Part shown: positions 55,611 through 64,000 of the stretch, one piece after another | How positions within the stretch are numbered: the stretch's first letter is position 1 | Layout: every line of letters begins with the position of its first letter | Origin: a plasmid | Reading direction: 5' to 3' (one strand) | DNA length: 64,000 bases | Sequence record: NZ_CP064874.1 | Translations under genes and position numbers: made by a program | Notes under the pieces: generated by a model | The model's database searches: none | What the model was told of the DNA's origin: nothing | Seen by the model: only the letters and a program-made list of their open reading frames with translations

Positions 55611-56333
55611 TTAGGCAATGACGGCGTCGAGGGCCCGTGCGAGCCTCTCCGGATGCGTGAGCATCACCAAATGGCTTCCGTCGATCTCGATCGTGCGCGG
55701 ACTATCAAGCCGCCCGGCCGCGGCCTGGTAGATCTCAGCGGGAACGGCCTGGTCCTGAGCGAGGAACACATAACTTGACGGGATGCTGCTCGCCCAGAAC
55801 CGGTCGAGGCGGATCGGCTCATCGGACCAGCCTGCCGGCGCTGGGACGAGCCTCGGCTCGAGCGCGGCGAGCTGCTGCTGCTCGAACGGGGACATGTCCT
55901 GCATAGACGCGGCCCAGAGCTCAGGCGGCATGACGATGGTGTTGTCGTCGGACTGACTCGCAAGCGCCTTCGTCGCTGCGACCAACGGATCGGGGAGCAC
56001 GTCGTTAATGGTCTCGCCGTCGCGCAGCACCCAGGCGTCGACGAAGACGACCCGGCCGATGCGCTCGGGCATCGCCTCAGCGACGAGTTGGATGAGCGGA
56101 CCTCCGCCGCTATGACCGACGAGCACGATGTCGAGCTGGGTGAGCTCTCTTACCTGATCGATCAGATCGCGCGCCATCATGCTCATCGTGACGCCGGAGC
56201 GGTCCACGTCACCGTCTTCGAGACCGCGCAGCGTCGGCGCGATCACCTCGTGCCCCATTCTGCGCAATTCGTCGGCGACGCCGTCCCACACCCAGCCGCC
56301 TACCCATCCGCCGTGCACCAGTACGATCTGCAT
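55611..56333 (-). CDS. alpha/beta hydrolase
   Basis: MQIVLVHGGWVGGWVWDGVADEL…LVGHSGGGPLI (GxSxG). Confidence 0.75.
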   Translation of the reverse strand: MQIVLVHGGWVGGWVWDGVADELRRMGHEVIAPTLRGLEDGDVDRSGVTMSMMARDLIDQVRELTQLDIVLVGHSGGGPLIQLVAEAMPERIGRVVFVDAWVLRDGETINDVLPDPLVAATKALASQSDDNTIVMPPELWAASMQDMSPFEQQQLAALEPRLVPAPAGWSDEPIRLDRFWASSIPSSYVFLAQDQAVPAEIYQAAAGRLDSPRTIEIDGSHLVMLTHPERLARALDAVIA

Positions 56334-56494
56334 TGATCATCCTCTTCGCATATTTATCTGCTGAGCAGAACTTGTTCCTAACTAGAAGACACAATAGCTT
56401 GCGCGGCGCCAACAGTCCAGCATGGCTCGAGCTCTCTTCAGAACGCGCCGAACGACCCCTGCACCAGGTCGCAGGGGAAAGAGACGACGAGCCT

Positions 56495-56900
56495 TCAGGA
56501 GGTCAGGTCGGCCAGACGTACGGCTGCCTCATCGAGGAGTGCGACGAGGGTCTTCACCTTGCGGGGAGGCAAGCGGAACACCGGGGCAGATGCGTTGATC
56601 GCCAACCGCAGCCCGCTCGCCGAGGGAACGGCCACGGCCACCGAGGCCACGCCCTCCTCGCTCTCCTCCCGGTTCGTTGCATAGCCCTGCTTCGCGACAA
56701 GATCCAGTTGTGCGAGGAGCTCGGTCTTGGTACGGATCGACTGCGGAGTCACCTGTGAGAGTTGCTCGTCGGGGTAGAGACGGTCCAATTGTTCTCGCGG
56801 GAGCTGCGCCAGGAGAACCTTTCCCGTGGAGGTGCAATGGGCCGGCATCTCCTTGCCCAACCGTGAAGCGACTCGCACCGCCGTCGTCGGTTCCGCGACC
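56495..56900 (-). pseudogene. IclR-family regulator, C-terminal effector-domain fragment
   Basis: …RVASRLGKEMPAHCTSTGKVLLAQLPREQLDRLYPDEQLSQVTPQSIRTKTELLAQLDLVAKQGYATNREESEEGVASVAVAV… Upstream of about 56900 the frame is non-homologous. Confidence 0.5.
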
Positions 56901-57275
56901 GGGGTCGTGCCCGACGTGAACCAGATCCAGCTCAGCCCCGACATCGCCCGTACCGTTCCTCGACGCGCGCACGAGGTGCTCGGTATCGTGACCGAGAGCT
57001 GGAGCCCGCTCGGCCGCGGGCCCGAGCTGCGGGAGAACCCGACGATCGTGCAGATCGCGGCGGACGTCGGACGAACGGCGGCACAGGTGGTGCTCCGCTG
57101 GCACGTGCAGCAGGGCCTCGTGCCGGTGCCGAGATCGTCAGACCCCAAACGCCTGGTCGAGAACCTCTCGGTCTTCGACTTCCGCCTTAGCACCGACCAG
57201 ATGGCCACGCTTGCGTCCCTCGACAACGGCGAAGCCGCCGCGCGGGACTCTGACCTGCCCGAGAACGGTCATTAG
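56901..57275 (+). pseudogene. aldo/keto reductase, C-terminal fragment
   Basis: …VPDVNQIQLSP…ESWSPLGRG…IVQIAADVGRTAAQVVLRWHVQQGLVPVPRSSDPKRLVENLSVFDFRLSTDQMATL… It shares its breakpoint with the IclR fragment on the opposite strand. Confidence 0.5.
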
Positions 57276-57312
57276 TCCACCAAGAACACCAAAATCGTCA
57301 CCGATCTGGTAA

Positions 57313-57504
<192 letters not shown>

Positions 57505-57659
57505 TGATGGCTCGAACGTAGGCGCGATCTGCCTTGCTCGCCTCACCTTCGGCTCGCTCGACAGCCGCGTCCAAACCATCGCGAAGTCGCGTGCACTGCA
57601 GATGGCGGCGAGGGAGAGAGTAAGTTCTGCAGTGTGCCCGATCGGGAACAGGGGGTGGG

Positions 57660-58114
57660 CTTTAGTACCCCTGCCCGAATTCGCGAAGTCTGGGCCACAG
57701 ATCGCCGCCGACGACGCCGAAGACCCCTACGTCCGCCAGCATGCCGCCGAAGCCCTGCTTGAGATCAACGAAGACCGGAAAGTCAACGGCCGCTACCTCG
57801 CCGTCAAGACCCGACAGAACCTCGCCCGCCTCACCGACTTCGCCGAACACACCCGTCGGTTTCCCTGCCTCTTCCGCCTCGATCAACGCCACCTGTGCAC
57901 CCCTATCAGCGGGAGCGAGGGTCTCGGGAAGCTTCTCAAGCCGACGGGCAACTCGCTCGGCAGTGCTTGCGAATCGGCGGTACGGACGACCCAACTGTTC
58001 GCTCGTGTTGGGGTCCTGGCCGTGCCCCATGAGACGGCGGAGCTGCTCCTCGCTGACCTCACCACCGGGTTCGACGGCGCCAGAAATGTACGCGAGACCC
58101 GATCCGAGCCATGA
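57660..58114 (+). CDS. hypothetical protein or fragment (HEAT-repeat-like)
   Basis: Good GC3 from about 57660 (…DPYVRQHAAEALLEINEDRKVNGRYLAVKTRQNLARL…). Lower-quality sequence upstream suggests a junction. Confidence 0.3.
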
Positions 58115-58131
58115 GCCCGGCGGCGTGCTGT

Positions 58132-58449
58132 TCAGTCGTTCAGCCGGTGGAGCCAGTAGCCGGGTTCGCGGCGCTCGTGGGCGTAGGCGAGGATCAGGAT
58201 CGTGTCCGGCTCCACCGTGTAGACGATGCGGTACGGGTATCCGCGAACGGCCTTGCTGCGGATCACGGTGCCATCGTCAGCGGTCGTGAATGGTGGGGCG
58301 GCGTTCGGCCATTGGTCGAGGTCTTTCCGGGCTTGCCTTGCTCGGTCGATGAGCGCAAGGCCGATCCCTGGCTCCTGGTCTTCGTACCAGCGCACGGTGG
58401 CGTCGAACTCCGCGACGGCCTCGGGGTGCTCTCGCTGGGCCAAGGTCAT
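58132..58449 (-). CDS. type II toxin, RelE/ParE family
   Basis: 105 aa. …GYPYRIVYTVEPDTILILAYAHERREPGYW…. Overlaps the antitoxin gene by 4 bp. Confidence 0.6.
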   Translation of the reverse strand: MTLAQREHPEAVAEFDATVRWYEDQEPGIGLALIDRARQARKDLDQWPNAAPPFTTADDGTVIRSKAVRGYPYRIVYTVEPDTILILAYAHERREPGYWLHRLND

Positions 58450-58712
58450 GCGGTGAGCAAGGCGCGCAAACGCTCGTAGTGCTCGTCGGCATCCACCAGA
58501 TCGACCGCACCCTCACGCACCTCGGCCAGTCGCCGGGTAGCCTCGGCACGCCAGGCTGCATCGACCTCGCTCTCGTCGTCTGCATCATGGAGGCTTTCGA
58601 GCAGGGCGTTAGCGACGACCGCGCGCTGATCGGCGTCGAGCGCGAGGCCGTCTCGGATCAGAGTTGCGGTGTCGGGTGTCATGTATTCAAGTGTACGTCG
58701 AACGGCCGACAA
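58446..58712 (-). CDS. antitoxin (addiction-module component)
   Basis: 88 aa, acidic protein directly upstream of the ParE-like gene and overlapping it. Confidence 0.55.
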   Translation of the reverse strand: MSAVRRTLEYMTPDTATLIRDGLALDADQRAVVANALLESLHDADDESEVDAAWRAEATRRLAEVREGAVDLVDADEHYERLRALLTA

Positions 58713-58785
58713 TCGCGCTGGGCGTCTGTGGCTCGGGTTGCGGGGCTGCTGTGAACGTCACGCCGACGCGACGTGCTGCTGATGC

Positions 58786-61700
58786 TCATAGGCCGCGTGC
58801 TGGCCCGTCATGTCGCGGGTCGTTGCGCCGCGGGTCGCGTTCGGTCGGCTCGCGGAGTTGCCGTTCGCGTTCGGCGAGTGCTTGCTGCCTTGCTTCGTGC
58901 TCGGCGCGGGTGGTTTCGATCCGTGCGGCGGCGTCGCGGATCGGTAGCGCGCGGAGGTAGTCGGCCTCGGCTCGGAGCGCGGTGGCTTGCTGGTGCGCCT
59001 GTCCTGCTTGCTGTGCTGGGTTCGGCAGTCGCATCCCGACCCGGTGGCGCATCACCGCCTGCGGCCCGTACTCGCTGACCAGCAACGCCCGGCGTTCCTG
59101 CTCGTGCCGCTGCCGCAACTCGTCACGGTCGGCTCGCGCGGCCTCGACGTGCTGGGCGGCGTCGATCACGCGGGGATCGGCCTCGGCGCGACGCTCGGCC
59201 TGTCGTGCCGCCCACTCGGGCAGGGTGTCGGTGGTGCGGGGTGGTTCGCCCCATGTTTCGCGCACCCGTGCCCGAACCGTCCGGGTGTGCTCGCTCGTCT
59301 GGCGGTGCTCCGCGCGGGCCTTGCGCCTGCCGAGCCTGCCGACGGTGGCGAGTCGGCTGCTTGCGGCGGCCTCGCGCTCGACAGCATCGAGATAGGTGGT
59401 GCCGTCTGCCTCGGCCTGCACCGTCAACGGTTCCGCGATTTCGGCACGGATGCGCGCCGCCTCGTCCTCGGCGTGGCGGAGCACGTCGGCGTGCTCGTCG
59501 TCCTCGGTCTTGTGTGTTGCGCGCTGGGCGTCGAACCTGGCAGCGGTCTGCTCCCAGCGTTCCGCCGCACGTTCGGCTCGTTCGGCTTCGGCGGTGAGGC
59601 GGGCGAGTTCTTCGGTGATGAGCTGCACGGGGCCATCGCTGACGAGGCCTTGCACGGCGTCGATGGCTTGGGCGGTGGCGTGGTCGAGGCCACGGTCTGC
59701 CGGGTCGCGTTCCATCGCCTCAACGAACCGCGCCCGCGCATCCGCCATATCAGCGGCGACGACGTGGAGTTGGTTCTGTTGGCGGCCTCTCGTCATGCCG
59801 ACGTAGACGCCTGCCGCGCTCGTCGCCTCCGACAAGGCCGTGTGGGAGGCATCGACGGTTGCGCCTTGGACGCCGTAGGCGGTCGCGGCATACGACAGGT
59901 GCGCCCACTCGCTCACGTACTCGGCGGGGAGGGCGACGGTGCGGCTGTGCTTGCCTCCGCCGCTGACTTCGCGGGCGTAGACGCTGCCCTCGTCGGTCAC
60001 ATGCTGCACGATCCATTGCTGCCGGTTTGCCACGCCGAGGTCGCTGCTGTTCTTCCGGGTCTGGATCAGGTCGCCAGCGCCGATGCTCAGCCCGTCGCTG
60101 CCGGTCGTCGTCATAGTGTCGTCGACCTCGCCGCGCTCGACCCGCCCGGCGCGGATGTGCTCGTTCAGCTCGGTGGCCTCGTCGTTGGTGGCGACGGTGA
60201 TCGCTTCGCCGTCGTGGGCGTGGGCGGTGATGTGCTCGCGGGCCGCTTCCTCGTCGGCATGCAAGGTCACGAGGCCCATCGTGGCGAGTCGGTCGAACAC
60301 GTCGCCGGGGTGCTCCCGGTCACGCATGACCAACGTCAACGCCGCATACTCGGCATCGGTGAACCTGTGGAGTTCGGTCATGTCGTAGGTACGGCCACGA
60401 ATCTGGGCGGCCATGTCGAGCACCCCGCCGCGCCCGACCGCCGGGAGCTGCGCCCGGTCGCCCACGAACGCGACCGACGCGCCTGCCTCGGCGGTGACGG
60501 TCAGCAGAGCGAGGGCGGTGTCCTGGTCGAGCATCCCCGCTTCGTCCACGATCACCCGCTCACCCCGCGACAGCACGGCGTCGTTTGGTGGGCCGGTGTA
60601 GATGTTCCCGGTTGCAGGGTCGGTGTCGCCGGGTGCGAGGCGTGTCCATACGCCGTCCTCGTTCCACCGCCACCCATGCGCATACACGAGCGCCGCGACG
60701 GAGGTTGCGGGCACGCCGAGTTCTTCGTGGGCGACCTGCGCCGCACGCAACGTCGGCGCAACCACCCGCGAGGATCGCCCGTGCTCGGCTGCAACCTCGA
60801 TGGCGACGCCGAGCATGGTGGTCTTGCCTGCGCCCGCCGCGCCCTCGACAATCACGAGCGGGTTGGTCGAGGCGACGGCAGCGGCGGCCACGGTCTGCCC
60901 GGTGTCGAGTCCGGCGGCTTGCGCAGCGTCGGTCACGTCGGGGTGCTTCGGCTCCCGTTCCGGCGTCGCGGCGGTGAGTTGGTCGCGGAGTGCGGTCTCG
61001 GCGGCGACGACGCCAAGGCTGGTGAGGTGGGCGACGTGCTCGGGTTGCACCATGCCCGGCGGCAGCACCGAGAAACAATCCGAGGCGGCGAGTCCGGTGG
61101 CGAGGTCGATGAACTCGCGCAACTCCGCCGGGGTCGCTTGCACGCCTGCCTCGGTGGTGATGCGGGTGACGTGCTCTCGCACGGTGTGCGGTGCCCAGGT
61201 CGATGCAGCCGCCGCGCAGCGATCCAGCGCACGACTGGCGACCTGTTGCACGCTGAGGTCATCCAGCGATGCCGGCGCAACGGTGTCGGGGTGCTGCAAG
61301 CTCTCGGGGTGGTAGCCGGCGTCTCGGAGTTCCTGCTGCCACCACTGCTCGTTCTTCAAGTCCGCCGGTTTCTTGCCGGGCCGCTGGAACGCCCACGCCG
61401 CGTCCTGCATCCGAGCGGTCAACACCGGGCCGGGCGTCTCGCCGGGATGCTTCGCTTGCCACTCGGCCTCCATGCGTTCCAGGTTGCGTCTGATCTGCGC
61501 CGACCGCTTCGACATGACGGCGTTGAACGGCTCCAACTCCACAACCTCACCGCTTACGGGGTCGAGGGTCAGGCCATGCTCGGAGAGCGTGGCGGCGAGC
61601 TGGGGGTGCGCGGCGATCACCGCCGTACCGAGAGCACGGATCGCGCCCTGCTGCTGGAACAACGCCGCCGTGGTCAGCGCCCGCCACTTCCCGCCCGCCC

Positions 61701-62241
61701 ACACCCTCGTGCCAATCTGGAAATGGATATGCCGGTGCGGATCACCCGCACGACTCGTCTTGTGCGTGATCGCGACGGTCTGCATGTGCTCGACCGGCAG
61801 CACCTCCTGCGCGCCGCGCGGCCCCGCCAACGTGACCGAATGCTGACCAAGGAAGTGCTGAATCTCCCGCGCCGCATCCCGCTGCGTCGCGTCCAACGCC
61901 TCGGACACGTCCGGGTGGAGTGCGGCGGCGACCGACAGGCTCTTCGGCGCGTTGATCGTCATCTCCGCGAACAACGGCGACCCCCGACGCACCTTGCCCG
62001 GCTTGCGCGGGGTACCCATCGACTCCCCGGTGTCCGGGTTCACCCAATCGACCCAGGCTTCGTACTCATCCGCCGACAGCGACCGAGCAGCGGTGACCTC
62101 GCCGGTCGCGTCGATCACGGCGTACTCGGCCACGGCCTGGTCTGCGCCGAGGTAGTACTCGTCAGCGCGGGAGCGGTCGGCCTCGACATAGGCGCGCGCG
62201 GCAGCACCGCTGCCGTGGAACAGCTTCACTCCACCCTTCAC
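58786..62241 (-). CDS. MobF-family conjugative relaxase-helicase (TrwC/TraA-like)
   Basis: Relaxase motif HKTSRAGDPHRHIHFQIG. Helicase Walker A VIVEGAAGAGKTTML. Start taken at a GTG (VKGGVKLFHGSGAAARAY) preceded by GGGAGG. The ORF-track start at 62586 is a likely over-extension. Confidence 0.85.
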   Translation of the reverse strand: MKGGVKLFHGSGAAARAYVEADRSRADEYYLGADQAVAEYAVIDATGEVTAARSLSADEYEAWVDWVNPDTGESMGTPRKPGKVRRGSPLFAEMTINAPKSLSVAAALHPDVSEALDATQRDAAREIQHFLGQHSVTLAGPRGAQEVLPVEHMQTVAITHKTSRAGDPHRHIHFQIGTRVWAGGKWRALTTAALFQQQGAIRALGTAVIAAHPQLAATLSEHGLTLDPVSGEVVELEPFNAVMSKRSAQIRRNLERMEAEWQAKHPGETPGPVLTARMQDAAWAFQRPGKKPADLKNEQWWQQELRDAGYHPESLQHPDTVAPASLDDLSVQQVASRALDRCAAAASTWAPHTVREHVTRITTEAGVQATPAELREFIDLATGLAASDCFSVLPPGMVQPEHVAHLTSLGVVAAETALRDQLTAATPEREPKHPDVTDAAQAAGLDTGQTVAAAAVASTNPLVIVEGAAGAGKTTMLGVAIEVAAEHGRSSRVVAPTLRAAQVAHEELGVPATSVAALVYAHGWRWNEDGVWTRLAPGDTDPATGNIYTGPPNDAVLSRGERVIVDEAGMLDQDTALALLTVTAEAGASVAFVGDRAQLPAVGRGGVLDMAAQIRGRTYDMTELHRFTDAEYAALTLVMRDREHPGDVFDRLATMGLVTLHADEEAAREHITAHAHDGEAITVATNDEATELNEHIRAGRVERGEVDDTMTTTGSDGLSIGAGDLIQTRKNSSDLGVANRQQWIVQHVTDEGSVYAREVSGGGKHSRTVALPAEYVSEWAHLSYAATAYGVQGATVDASHTALSEATSAAGVYVGMTRGRQQNQLHVVAADMADARARFVEAMERDPADRGLDHATAQAIDAVQGLVSDGPVQLITEELARLTAEAERAERAAERWEQTAARFDAQRATHKTEDDEHADVLRHAEDEAARIRAEIAEPLTVQAEADGTTYLDAVEREAAASSRLATVGRLGRRKARAEHRQTSEHTRTVRARVRETWGEPPRTTDTLPEWAARQAERRAEADPRVIDAAQHVEAARADRDELRQRHEQERRALLVSEYGPQAVMRHRVGMRLPNPAQQAGQAHQQATALRAEADYLRALPIRDAAARIETTRAEHEARQQALAERERQLREPTERDPRRNDPRHDGPARGL

Positions 62242-62468
62242 TCTGGCCTCCCTCACGAGTCGTCTCGTGAGAGAGGTGCGCACTACGGCCCCGCCGTAAA
62301 ATACGTGCCTCACTGAGATAGGGGGCAGATGACTGATGGAGCCGAGCGTCAGCGCGAGAGCGTCGCACAGAGTGTCGCTGGCAAGAGTTGGCGTCACAAA
62401 GTTCGAGGGAACTTTCGGAGTTCGGTTCGATGAAGTGACTAGTCTTCTCGGCGAACTTCGTGACCTGA

Positions 62469-63053
62469 TTACTGCCCGATGAGTCTTCGGGCAGCGGTGA
62501 CGACGGAGGCACGGCGGCGTGCGTGTTCGGCGTCGCTCTCGGCTCCGGTGATCATGCGGGCGACCTGCGGTACCGCTGACCACCATCCGGCGAGTGAGAG
62601 CACGAGGAACATCAGGTGGTCGGCGTCGAGGTCGCTCGTTACTGTGCCCTTGGCCTGTCCGTCGGTCATGGCGGCGACTTTGTATCCGTAGTATTCGCGC
62701 CGCTCGGCCTCGTCGGGTACTTCGGTGTCGAAGACGAGCCCTTCCCAGCGCATGAGCCTGCCGAGTTCGGGGTGCTCGCGGTGGTAGTCGTAGACGCGCC
62801 CGGCGTAGTCGCCCACGTCCTCGGTTGCGAATGATTCGACGGGCACGTCGCGGGCTACCTTCGCCAGTTCCTCGCGCAGTACGGTGGCGAAAAGTCTGTC
62901 CTTGCCCCCGAAGTGCGTGTAGACGCGCTCCTTGTTCACCCCGGCGGCCTTGGCGATGCGCTCGATGGTCGTGCCGTGCGGCCCGTGCGCGGCGAACTCG
63001 GCCACCGCCGCGTCGAGGATGCGGCGCTTCCTGCCCTCAACATCCCAGCCCAT
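62469..63053 (-). CDS. TetR-family transcriptional regulator
   Basis: Start MGWDVEGRKRRILDAAVAEFAAHGPHGTTIERIAKAAGVNKERVYTHF (HTH). Confidence 0.75.
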   Translation of the reverse strand: MGWDVEGRKRRILDAAVAEFAAHGPHGTTIERIAKAAGVNKERVYTHFGGKDRLFATVLREELAKVARDVPVESFATEDVGDYAGRVYDYHREHPELGRLMRWEGLVFDTEVPDEAERREYYGYKVAAMTDGQAKGTVTSDLDADHLMFLVLSLAGWWSAVPQVARMITGAESDAEHARRRASVVTAARRLIGQ

Positions 63054-63085
63054 CGTTCCCACCTCCCGTCTCGTGCGGTAAACCC

Positions 63086-63230
63086 AACGCTCACGTTGCG
63101 TCTTCGCGCGTCCGGACGGTCCGAGGATCGCGGTGCCGGCACGTTCGACATGCATGACCTGTAGGTCGGAGTATCCGCCCCAGTTCAGGACCTGGACCTT
63201 CTCGATGCGGAACTGCCCATTGATTAGCAT
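63086..63230 (-). pseudogene. N-terminal fragment of an SMC/RecF-like ATPase, JetC(MksF)-like, fused in frame to the TetR ORF
   Basis: MLINGQFRIEKVQVLNWGGYSDLQVMHVERAGTAILGPSGRAKTQ resembles the JetC N-terminus and P-loop approach. Homology ends near 63090. The ATG overlaps the stop of the upstream fragment (TGATG). Confidence 0.3.
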
Positions 63231-63232
63231 CA

Positions 63233-63664
63233 GGACTCCTCGTCAAGGAGCTGGGCTGAGTTTTCGGTGCCATTCCCGTCATTTGCGGTGGCGCCTGCCC
63301 CGAGCCGGTATGCCGCTTCCAGCCGCGTCAGTTCATCGACACCGACAAGAGGTACCACGACTGGCGAGATCGTGTAGAGGTAGTCGGCGTCAGGGTCCTG
63401 GTTGAGCAGCCGCAGATCCTGCAGCTGCCGGATGGCGGCGGTGACGCGACGATCGAACTTCGCCTGGTCGCCGTCGTCATCCTGGCGGTAGGCGCTAAGG
63501 AACTCGTCGATCTGAGCCCGGGTGACCACGACGAGCTCGTCCTGGGGGTCGGCGTGGGCGCACTCCTGGCAGAGAAAGATGAGCAGGAACGAGGCGTCGC
63601 GACTGAGCGGGCGATCTTTGCGGAGGATGCGGGGAGTGTCCTCCTCCATGATCTGCCGTTTGAA
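63233..63664 (-). pseudogene. DUF4194/JetB(MksE)-like gene, C-terminal 144 codons, 5' end cut by ISL3 copy 2
   Basis: …DELVVVTRAQIDEFLSAYRQDDDGDQAKFDRRVTAAIRQLQDLRLLNQDPDADYLYTISPVVVPLVGVDELTRLEAAYRLG… is acidic and winged-helix-like. The frame only continues upstream through ISL3 antisense sequence. Confidence 0.3.
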
Positions 63665-64000
63665 GGCTCTTCGGACATTCGGTGGGGGTGAGGCTTGCCG
63701 GGTGGGGTTCGGCGGGTAGGGGTCGAGGTCCCCGAGGATCAGTAGCGCTAACTGTCTGATCTTCACGAGGACCTCGACGTGCTTCACCCTACTTCGGGGT
63801 GCGCTTCCGCGCGCTCTGCCGCTGATCCGTGTTCCCGCTGCGACGTTCTGCTGGGTCTTCCCGATGTCCATGTCGAGCGCGTCGACCGTCGCGACGGGCT
63901 GCTGGTGGTGACGGTCTCGACGCCAGCGGCGCCGACCGGCTGCCCCTCGTGTGGGGTCGTCGCGACCGGCCGCGGACGCCGTCGACGGGTGCTTCATGAT
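63665..64000 (+). mobile_element. ISL3-family insertion sequence copy 2 (left 336 bp; inverted relative to copy 1; continues past window end)
   Basis: The IR GGCTCTTCGGACATTCGGTGGGGGT starts at 63665. 63665..64000 is the reverse complement of about 7619..7954. Confidence 0.8.
63778..64000 (+). CDS. ISL3 transposase, 5' part (copy 2)
   Basis: GTG start followed by LHPTSGCASARSAADPCSRCDVLLGLPDVHVERVDRRDGLLVVTVSTPAAPTGCPSCGVV…. Confidence 0.8.

Noticed and set aside
58987-62316. 1109-aa plus-strand ORF and many other long ORFs opposite real genes (e.g. 4130..5086, 5413..6234, 18175..18987, 37341..48216, 6737..7960)
   Set aside because: These are GC-rich shadow frames antisense to well-supported genes (relaxase, amidase, helicase, ISL3 transposase). 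They have low-complexity Arg/Ala/Pro composition and no motifs.
63230-63997. 255-aa minus ORF MKHPSTASAAGRDD…
   Set aside because: Its upstream 110 codons are antisense of the ISL3 copy 2 transposase start. The identical peptide is also produced by the plus strand at 7619..7960. Only the portion outside ISL3 (63233..63664) was considered, as a possible JetB-like fragment.

Overview
This is a high-GC (about 70%) actinobacterial-type window, and it looks like part of a conjugative plasmid or ICE backbone that has been heavily colonised by mobile elements.

The backbone comprises 1..2541 and 33886..48400. It carries a DUF3560 gene, an MmeI-family type IIG RM gene, an ArdC-like anti-restriction gene, a secreted HNH/DUF1524 nuclease, and many small minus-strand operons. 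These operons share a perfect 17-bp palindromic operator (GTGAATGT-N-ACATTCAC, 6 copies) and a second conserved intergenic module (4 copies).

The MmeI-family gene is split exactly at methyltransferase motif I (FLDPA | CGCGNFLV) by a roughly 31.3-kb insertion at 2542..33885. This insertion is bounded by imperfect terminal inverted repeats and ends in three tandem, overlapping tyrosine-recombinase genes, resembling a recombinase-in-trio (RIT) element.

Inside that insertion, from left to right:
- an IS5-family fragment;
- an amidase and a LamB/YcsF (pxpA) pair;
- an IS481-like remnant that was itself hit by an ISL3 copy (8-bp TSD CGATAACG);
- a 70-bp IS-derived MITE;
- a tightly linked 5-gene putative defence operon (8288..20412): an SNF2 helicase with DUF3883, a frameshifted DUF1156 N6-adenine methyltransferase, a Swt1-HEPN plus DUF499 ATPase, an unknown 320-aa protein, and an AIPR Abi-like protein. 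The operon is preceded by an HTH, a metallophosphoesterase and two hypotheticals;
- an IS427-group composite transposon (22384..27664) carrying an MMPL transporter and a TetR regulator.

The right third of the window (48.4..64 kb) holds:
- 52-bp direct repeats with an ATGTCCATATGGACAT palindrome;
- IS256 and IS3 elements with truncated AraC and HxlR genes;
- two alpha/beta hydrolases and a cluster of gene fragments;
- a ParE/antitoxin pair;
- a MobF (TrwC/TraA) relaxase-helicase;
- a TetR gene fused to an apparent Wadjet JetC N-terminus with a JetB-like fragment, cut by a second, inverted ISL3 copy.

No rRNA, tRNA or CRISPR array was recognised.
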